From: Kerstersia gyiorum
Lineage (GTDB): Bacteria; Pseudomonadota; Gammaproteobacteria; Burkholderiales; Burkholderiaceae_B
NCBI RefSeq assembly: GCF_004216755.1
Contig: NZ_SGWZ01000004.1
Location: 125,144-144,058, forward strand
DNA: 18,915 bases
Reading direction: 5' to 3'
Both the position numbers and the translations under genes were made by a program. The notes beneath the pieces are model-generated. The model saw only the letters and a program-made list of their open reading frames with translations. It was not told where the DNA came from and made no database searches. Below, piece after piece: positions 13,806 to 18,915 of the stretch (positions are counted from its first letter, which is position 1; every line of letters starts with the position of its first letter).

Positions 13806-14549
13806 ATGTCAACCTCTCAACATCCGTACGTCTGGAATTTGCGCAACCGGCTCGCGCTGCTGATAGAGCAGCAGGTGGATGAAAAGACGCGCTTCAAGGC
13901 GTTGGAAGCCTTGACGAACATCAAGGCTACGCAGTGGCGAGATTTTTTTGCAGGTAAGCAACGACCAACGGCGGAGATGATCGAAGCTGCTAGTCGGCTA
14001 TGGCCGGAGTACGCGTTCTGGCTAGTGACAGGTGTCTCAGACGCCGAGCATGGTCACATTGCGCCTTTCGGAGCTGATTTCCCGCGCAAGATGCCCCGGC
14101 AAGAGGCCGCTTCTAAGCTGTTCATCAAACGCATCGAAACTCTTGATGCATGCAAGGACGCGTTCAATGCAGACCCTGATTTCAATGATCCGATCATGCA
14201 GGAGCATGTGTTTGTGAACGGTTACCACCGCTCTGCTGCCCAGATGGGGTTTACCGAAGCACACACAGCGCGGTTGAGAGAATTGCAGAAAGAGTGCAGG
14301 CAACTTGAAGAGGCCAGGGTGCTGGAGCACGAAATCAAAGTGCGCATGCCAATCGAAAGCTACGAAGACACAGAGCGCGAGCATCCCAGGCGCGTAAAAC
14401 AGCTTGCAAAGCTCAAACCTGTGACATATTCGGATGACGCGGTCGAAGATTTAGAGCAACGGTTGAAAGCTGAACAGGAGCGTTTGGAGCGATACAAGCG
14501 AATCGAACACCGATACAAACTGGCGCAGCATGGCACTACAGAAGACTGA
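13806..14549 (+). CDS. Phage repressor-like HTH protein with a coiled-coil C-terminal half
   Basis: The ATG at 13806 follows an AAGGA SD; the track opens at TTG 13800. The N-terminal segment ...ALEALTNIKATQWRDFFAGKQRPTAEMIEAASRLWPEYAFWLVTG resembles XRE/Cro-type HTH regions that end in the W.L.TG motif. The 3' end overlaps the integrase start by 20 bp. Confidence 0.6.
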   Translation: MSTSQHPYVWNLRNRLALLIEQQVDEKTRFKALEALTNIKATQWRDFFAGKQRPTAEMIEAASRLWPEYAFWLVTGVSDAEHGHIAPFGADFPRKMPRQEAASKLFIKRIETLDACKDAFNADPDFNDPIMQEHVFVNGYHRSAAQMGFTEAHTARLRELQKECRQLEEARVLEHEIKVRMPIESYEDTEREHPRRVKQLAKLKPVTYSDDAVEDLEQRLKAEQERLERYKRIEHRYKLAQHGTTED

Positions 14550-15537
14550 GTCAGGCTGGTTGGTTGATATCCAGCCTGGAGGGCGTGGTGGTCGGCGGTT
14601 TAGAAAGACGTTCCGTACGCAAGCCGAGGCGAAAAGTTGGGAAGCATGGATAAAAACTCAAGTCAATCTGGCGACCGATTGGGAGCCAGAAAAACGAGAC
14701 ATGCGCCGCCTCTCAAGTTTGGTAGACCTCTGGTACTCGCATCACGGTACCGGTTTGGCTGCTGGACATGACACCTTCAAGCGTTTGAAGGCAATGACCG
14801 CAGCGATGGGTGATCCTGCTGTCGATTTGTTTAGCGTCAATACGTTTGTCGCGTACAGAACAAAGCGGTTGGATGCTGGGATCTCCGCAAACAACATGAA
14901 CCGTGAGCATGCCTACTTGAGGGCCATGTTCAACGAGTTGGCCCGGCTGGGATACTGGAATAAGCCTAACCCACTAGGAAAACTGCGCCAGTTCCGGGTG
15001 CAGGAGGCCGAGCTAACCTACCTGACTGATGAACAGATTGTGAGGCTGTTGGGCGAGCTGCGGGCGTCGAGGAATCCGCATGTCGAGCTGATCACGCGGT
15101 TGTGTCTCGCTACCGGAGCAAGGTGGAGCGAAGTCGAGTCTATGCGGGAATCGCAGGTTCACGATGGGTTTATCCAGTTTGCGCGAACCAAGTCCACAAA
15201 GACGCGGGCTGTACCGATTGATCGAGAGCTGGTTGACGAGGTGCGTAAACACAATCAGCGCCATGGGACGTTGGGGAAAATTTTTGCGTCGAGCATGCCT
15301 GCGTTTCGCATGGCGCTAGAGCGTTCGAAGATCACTTTGCCTGATGGGCAGATGACCCATGTGCTGCGTCATACCTTCGCGAGTCATTTCATGATGAATG
15401 GTGGGAACATTCTGACTCTGCAACGCATCCTGGGGCATTCGACAGTCACCGTCACGATGCGCTATGCCCATTTGTCGCCCGACCACCTGCAAGAGGCGAG
15501 GGCGCTGAACCCTCTGACGCGGTTGACACTTCGTTGA
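14530..15537 (+). CDS. int: Tyrosine-type site-specific integrase (P2/HP1-like size class)
   Basis: The 335-aa product has the C-terminal catalytic signature ...ATGARWSE...HVLRHTFASHFMMNGGNILTLQRILGHSTVTVTMRYAHL (R, H-x-x-R, H, Y). It lies directly beside the tRNA-Cys attachment site. Confidence 0.93.
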   Translation: MALQKTESGWLVDIQPGGRGGRRFRKTFRTQAEAKSWEAWIKTQVNLATDWEPEKRDMRRLSSLVDLWYSHHGTGLAAGHDTFKRLKAMTAAMGDPAVDLFSVNTFVAYRTKRLDAGISANNMNREHAYLRAMFNELARLGYWNKPNPLGKLRQFRVQEAELTYLTDEQIVRLLGELRASRNPHVELITRLCLATGARWSEVESMRESQVHDGFIQFARTKSTKTRAVPIDRELVDEVRKHNQRHGTLGKIFASSMPAFRMALERSKITLPDGQMTHVLRHTFASHFMMNGGNILTLQRILGHSTVTVTMRYAHLSPDHLQEARALNPLTRLTLR

Positions 15538-15544
15538 CACCAGA

Positions 15545-15580
15545 ATGAAAAAAGGACCTACGTCAGAAACGTAAGTCCTT
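15545..15580 (-). terminator. Rho-independent terminator of tRNA-Cys (bidirectional position, also follows the integrase stop)
   Basis: The stem pairs 15552..15562 with 15570..15580 (11 bp with one C.A mismatch). On the minus strand it is followed by TTTTTT. It is homologous to the hairpin at 2692..2720. Confidence 0.6.
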
Positions 15581-15589
15581 GATTTCATT

Positions 15590-15635
15590 TGGAGGCGCAA
15601 GCCGGAATCGAACCGACGTACACGGATTTGCAATC
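15590..15635. repeat. attR: 46-bp repeat forming the 3' part of the intact tRNA-Cys
   Basis: Identical to 2729..2774. Confidence 0.85.
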
Positions 15636-15663
15636 CGCTGCATAACCACTCTGCCATTGCGCC
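15590..15663 (-). tRNA. tRNA-Cys (anticodon GCA), intact
   Basis: The reverse complement is GGCGCAATGGCAGAGTGGTTATGCAGCGGATTGCAAATCCGTGTACGTCGGTTCGATTCCGGCTTGCGCCTCCA. It has a 7-bp acceptor stem (GGCGCAA/TTGCGCC), the anticodon arm GCGGA-TTGCAAA-TCCGT and a GGTTCGATTCC T-arm, and it encodes CCA. The anticodon arm is identical to the E. coli tRNA-Cys arm as I recall it. Confidence 0.95.
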
Positions 15664-15881
15664 ATTTGCACCACAGAGGCCCGAAGTATACACGTTTCAT
15701 CCCGTTTTTGAGCGTTATGAAAGGCTTCAAGGCGTCCGTCGTGAAGCTTTAAATATTAACGTCCTTCCAGCATGGTGTCAAGTCTTGCGGCGGCAGGGGC
15801 TGTGGGTAGAAGCCAGGTCGAGGTTAGCGGCTGGTTTTCCCCAGCTTTTCAAAATCGCCAATTACTGTGCTGGAAATAATT

Positions 15882-15909
15882 ATCGGGGCACTTTATTTGT
15901 TGCCCCGAT
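15882..15909 (-). terminator. Hairpin terminator candidate for the small minus-strand ORF
   Basis: atcggggca-ctttatttgt-tgccccgat forms a 9-bp stem 33 nt downstream of the ORF stop at 15943. An A/T-rich tract follows on the minus strand. Confidence 0.4.
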
Positions 15910-15942
15910 TTACTGGTGAAACGTGGTGGAGAATCGCGAGAT

Positions 15943-16131
15943 TCAAGGAGTAACAATATATCGTTTTATTGTAGGGTGCTGCTCTGTTGCTGTTTTGAGA
16001 ATCGGCTTGCGAATGGGTGCTTGGAGCTGAGAATGACTGCCATAGACTTTCCGCTGGTAGTCTATGAGTTCTTGCTCTATAGAAGTCCATGCCCAAAAGT
16101 CTTGTGAACTGTTGTCACGGTGCTGATACAT
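15943..16131 (-). CDS. Hypothetical 62-aa protein (weakly supported)
   Basis: The ATG at 16131 is preceded by GGGGGAG 7 nt upstream, and a hairpin follows the stop. I recognise no family, and it sits in an AT-rich intergenic region. Confidence 0.3.
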   Translation of the reverse strand: MYQHRDNSSQDFWAWTSIEQELIDYQRKVYGSHSQLQAPIRKPILKTATEQHPTIKRYIVTP

Positions 16132-16657
16132 AGCTGATCTCCCCCGTAGCTTTTGATAACCGTAAACATATCAGAATTTTCTATATTCTTGAATCTTTGA
16201 TGGCTTGTTCTTGCAATTTTTAAACAAAATCCGATTTTTGTATCAAAATTTTTCTAAAAATGTCGTTATGTTTTTATCCCGGGGCCAGGAGGAAAGCGAA
16301 AAAACACAGTGGTTCTGATATCACAGAGTTTTTCCGCTTTTTTCCCCGTTTTAGAGACTGGGGGTTGGAGGAGGGCGGCTCGATATAGAGAATGATCTTA
16401 TTTTTTTGAGTATCCGATGTGAATTGTTTCAGTCGGTTTTAAAATCATCGGCCTTGATGTTTATAAATTTCGAATTTTTTCGAGGTCTAATCAGAAATTG
16501 CAGATGGTTTGACACTTCATATGGGTTTTTTGCGTTTTTGGCCTATATTAAGTGAAAAAAATGCTATTTCTTGTTTCAAGAAATATCCCATCCTAGACAA
16601 TAAGGCAGTACCGGTTCCGGCGTCGGTTCAGGGTGTTGCCAATTCTTCTAATCAGGG

Positions 16658-17674
16658 ATGGAGCAATATCAGGCCATGCTATTAAATTATTCAGTTGCCA
16701 TGCCTGCATGGAAAGTGGAGCAGGATGTTCTCGGCAGCTTTTTGGAGTTCATGGTCCGGGATCGGATTTTTCGCACACTGATATCCGTTCCTCGACATTT
16801 GGCAACGCAATGCTCAGCCGAGGTTGATACGGATGATGGCGGGCAAATCAAGAAATATGAAGTCGGTGATTTTCCTTTACGTGCCGAGCCCGAAGATAGC
16901 TGGTTGCTGATATATACCCGCGTGAAGTGGAGCATTATGGTCCGCGGGGATTTCGTTGTTTTCCCGGAAGGTGAACTGGCATTGATGCGTAGCCGGGATA
17001 TTGATGCCGCTGGTTTTCATGATTTCCGTGGCAGCATGTTGGTATTGCCTAGTCAGGCGTTGACGCTTTATGACCGTACGCTATTAATGCGTCAAGCAGG
17101 AAAGATTCGTCTCAAGGTAGGCTGGGGGAGGATTCTGGCTGCCTATATTGAAAGTCTGGATGTGCAGATTCTGGCGCAGGCCGTGCGCGATGAGTCGGCC
17201 TGGTTGATGTTGGAACAGCACATTATGGCATTGCTCAGGCGTGCCTTGCTGGGAGGGTTTGAGTCCAGGAGCGGGCAGGGTTTGGAGAGTGATGCCCAGG
17301 ACGCTCTGCGCAGCAAGGGAGAGGTGCTGTTCCAGCGGCTGTGCGCCTGGATTGCGGAGAACTACGCTAATCCGGAGATGTCTTCGGATTTCGTGGCCAG
17401 CCATTTTGATATTTCGCCACGCTATATCCAGAATCTTTTCTCCAAATACGGGAAAGGTGAAACTTTTGTTTCCTATTTGCGCGATAAAAGGATGCGGCGC
17501 GCCTGGGAGATGCTGACGAGTATCGACTTCATTCACCAGAGCGTTTCCGAAATTTGCTGGAACTGCGGTTTTTCAGACCCCGTCTACTTTGGCAAAATTT
17601 TCAGGCGCTTCTATGGGATGACTCCCGGGATGGCTCGCAAGAATAGCTTACGAGAAGTCGCGGAAAGAGTCTGA
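16658..17674 (+). CDS. AraC/XylS-family transcriptional regulator
   Basis: The C-terminal double HTH reads ...HFDISPRYIQNLFSKYGKGETFVSYLRDKRMRRAWEMLT...SVSEICWNCGFSDPVYFGKIFRRFYGMTPGMAR. The exact start is uncertain. Confidence 0.9.
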   Translation: MEQYQAMLLNYSVAMPAWKVEQDVLGSFLEFMVRDRIFRTLISVPRHLATQCSAEVDTDDGGQIKKYEVGDFPLRAEPEDSWLLIYTRVKWSIMVRGDFVVFPEGELALMRSRDIDAAGFHDFRGSMLVLPSQALTLYDRTLLMRQAGKIRLKVGWGRILAAYIESLDVQILAQAVRDESAWLMLEQHIMALLRRALLGGFESRSGQGLESDAQDALRSKGEVLFQRLCAWIAENYANPEMSSDFVASHFDISPRYIQNLFSKYGKGETFVSYLRDKRMRRAWEMLTSIDFIHQSVSEICWNCGFSDPVYFGKIFRRFYGMTPGMARKNSLREVAERV

Positions 17675-17700
17675 CGTTGCAGCACGACAAGGTAATGATG

Positions 17701-17728
17701 CCGGCCCCTTAGGGCCGGATTTTTTTTG
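17701..17728 (+). terminator. Rho-independent terminator of the AraC-family gene
   Basis: ccggccc-ctta-gggccgg is followed by attttttttg, 26 nt after the stop codon. Confidence 0.8.
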
Positions 17729-18311
17729 CTGTCGCAGAGAGGAAGCATCAAAGGACATTGCGTCAGAGAATGACATCAGGCTGTGTGGCGTTTTTATTAC
17801 TAGGGACGGATGAAAGGCATTTTGTTTTCATTGTTTTCCTAAAAAATATCAGGATTCAAGGATGAAAAATCTTAACGCAAGTTTTTTGACAAGTGAAAAA
17901 CAATGCAATTGTTTTGTGGGTTCAGTTTCCGTCATATGTCAAAGTTCACGGAAATTATTTTTTAATAATGTCATACATTGACAAAGTGAGCCATTTTTGC
18001 GCATATATACCATGAGTTTTCGCTAATCGCCTAGTTGTGTTTTGATCTGAAATGAAACCATAGCCGCGATTCTTCTGTATCTGGGAAGAGGTTTGCGGAT
18101 CTTCTTCTATGTCATTGGTTATTCGGAGCGTTTCGGGTGCAGCCTAGTGCCGTGCCCGTGTCGCAGCAGTTATCTGTATCAATGGGCAGGACGCCCGTAG
18201 ATACCCGTTAACGATCGCGGCACACGTGTTTTCTGGTTCGCCAGGCATACCCGAACACTGTGATAGTGGAAAGTCCGTTTCGATCTGGTGGTTTCTTGAT
18301 TAGGGTTATTC

Positions 18312-18915
18312 ATGAACAAGGCATACCGTAATGTATGGAGCGAAGCGACGGGCACGTTTGTGGCTGTGGCAGAGAATGTAAAGGCGCGGGGCAAGCGTTC
18401 TTCCAGCGCTAAAACGCTGGCCAAGGTGACCCTGGCGGTTGCTGCGCTGGGTGCGGCAGGTGCTGCCCAGGCCGATGTCACCCTTGATGGCTCCACGCCA
18501 GTCGTAACGGATGGCGCTGAAATTATTTTTGAAAATGGTGCTGGCAAGATCACGTTCACTAACGGCGGCACAATTGATTTTGGCGCAACGGGCGGCACGA
18601 TCACCGGCCTGAACGATGGCGCCGTCGATGCCGCCAGCCGCGATGCAGTGACGGGCAAGCAGCTGCATGCAACGAATCAGGAAATCAGTGGTGTGCAGGG
18701 TAGCGTGGCGGCGCTGCAGGTGGACATGTCCGCAGCTCAGAACGACATCACTACGTTGCAAGGCGACCTTTCGACGGCGCAAGGCAACATCTCGACGCTG
18801 CAGGGTGACGTCTCCACAGCGCAAGGCAACATCTCGACGCTGCAGGGTGACGTCTCCACAGCGCAAGGCAACATCTCGACGCTGCAGGGTGACGTCTCCA
18901 CAGCGCAAGGCAACA
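18312..18915 (+). CDS. Trimeric autotransporter adhesin (YadA-like), N-terminal part; gene continues beyond the window
   Basis: The ATG at 18312 opens MNKAYRNVWSEATGTFVAVAENVKARGKR..., an ESPR-type extended signal peptide, followed by AVAALGAAGAAQA. The sequence DAASRDAVTGKQLHATNQ then leads into 14-aa stalk repeats. It is missing from the ORF track because no stop falls in the window. The two long minus-strand ORFs listed here are shadows. Confidence 0.88.
   Translation, partial: MNKAYRNVWSEATGTFVAVAENVKARGKRSSSAKTLAKVTLAVAALGAAGAAQADVTLDGSTPVVTDGAEIIFENGAGKITFTNGGTIDFGATGGTITGLNDGAVDAASRDAVTGKQLHATNQEISGVQGSVAALQVDMSAAQNDITTLQGDLSTAQGNISTLQGDVSTAQGNISTLQGDVSTAQGNISTLQGDVSTAQGN
18735..18915 (+). 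repeat. 42-bp (14-codon) in-frame tandem repeat array in the adhesin stalk
   Basis: One diverged unit (18735..18776) is followed by nucleotide-identical units at 18777, 18819 and 18861. A fourth unit starts at 18903 and is cut by the window edge. The unit is gcgcaaggcaacatctcgacgctgcagggtgacgtctccaca (AQGNISTLQGDVST). Confidence 0.9.

Larger units (their letters stand above)
2729..15635. mobile_element. Integrated temperate filamentous phage (inovirus-like prophage) with an accessory arm, inserted in tRNA-Cys
   Basis: The element is bounded by 46-bp direct repeats. A tyrosine integrase abuts the intact tRNA. A full inovirus morphogenesis/replication module spans 6735..13057 on the minus strand, and a repressor/Xis-like divergent pair spans 13499..14549. 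Confidence 0.8.

Noticed and set aside
17880-18010. TTGACA hexamers upstream of the adhesin gene as promoters
   Set aside because: The spacing to any acceptable -10 hexamer is poor (about 20 nt to TATATA), so I could not support a specific promoter call in this AT-rich region.
18179-18908. Two long minus-strand ORFs (159 and 200 aa) listed in the track at the right end
   Set aside because: They are reverse-frame readings of the adhesin gene. The repetitive RCGDVTLQRRDVAL translation is simply the antisense of the 42-bp stalk repeat, and the plus strand has an ESPR signal peptide and YadA-like motifs.
18735-18915. Possible CRISPR array, suggested by regularly spaced identical 42-bp units
   Set aside because: The units are contiguous with no spacers. 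They are in frame and encode a 14-aa adhesin stalk repeat, and no cas genes are present.

Overview
This GC-rich (well over 50% by eye) proteobacterial-type chromosome segment is dominated by a ~12.9 kb integrated element (2729..15635) at a tRNA-Cys(GCA) gene. The element is bounded by a perfect 46-bp direct repeat, which is the tRNA 3' portion from the CCA end to the anticodon loop. It carries a tyrosine integrase next to the intact tRNA. It also has a divergent repressor-like/Xis-like switch and a complete Ff-ordered filamentous-phage (inovirus) module on the minus strand. That module runs Rep_trans-type initiator, gV-like, two small ORFs, major coat, pIII-like, pVI-like (DUF2523-like), pI/Zot and pIV secretin, with tight translational coupling.

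The attL-proximal arm of the prophage (2775..6734) is accessory:
- A ~2.36 kb segment of about one-third G+C holds only a 686-aa DUF262/DUF1524 (GmrSD-family) nuclease-like gene.
- A ~190-nt GC-rich, densely self-complementary non-coding element follows.
- Next come an orphan lambda/PrpA-type Ser/Thr phosphatase and an EexN-like lipoprotein.
- The arm ends with a truncated MazE-like remnant flanked by 21-bp perfect direct repeats, plus a 13-bp-stem hairpin.

Left of the island lie a truncated lipoprotein gene, a Serratia-type non-specific endonuclease, a tail-anchored small protein and a chromosomal paralog of the prophage phosphatase. Right of the tRNA lie long AT-rich intergenic regions, an AraC-family regulator and the 5' end of a trimeric autotransporter adhesin with perfect 42-bp tandem repeats. 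The ORF track misses the adhesin's true frame because the gene runs off the window.

No CRISPR array, rRNA, transposase or reverse transcriptase was seen. All family assignments come from motifs read by eye and need HMM/BLAST confirmation.
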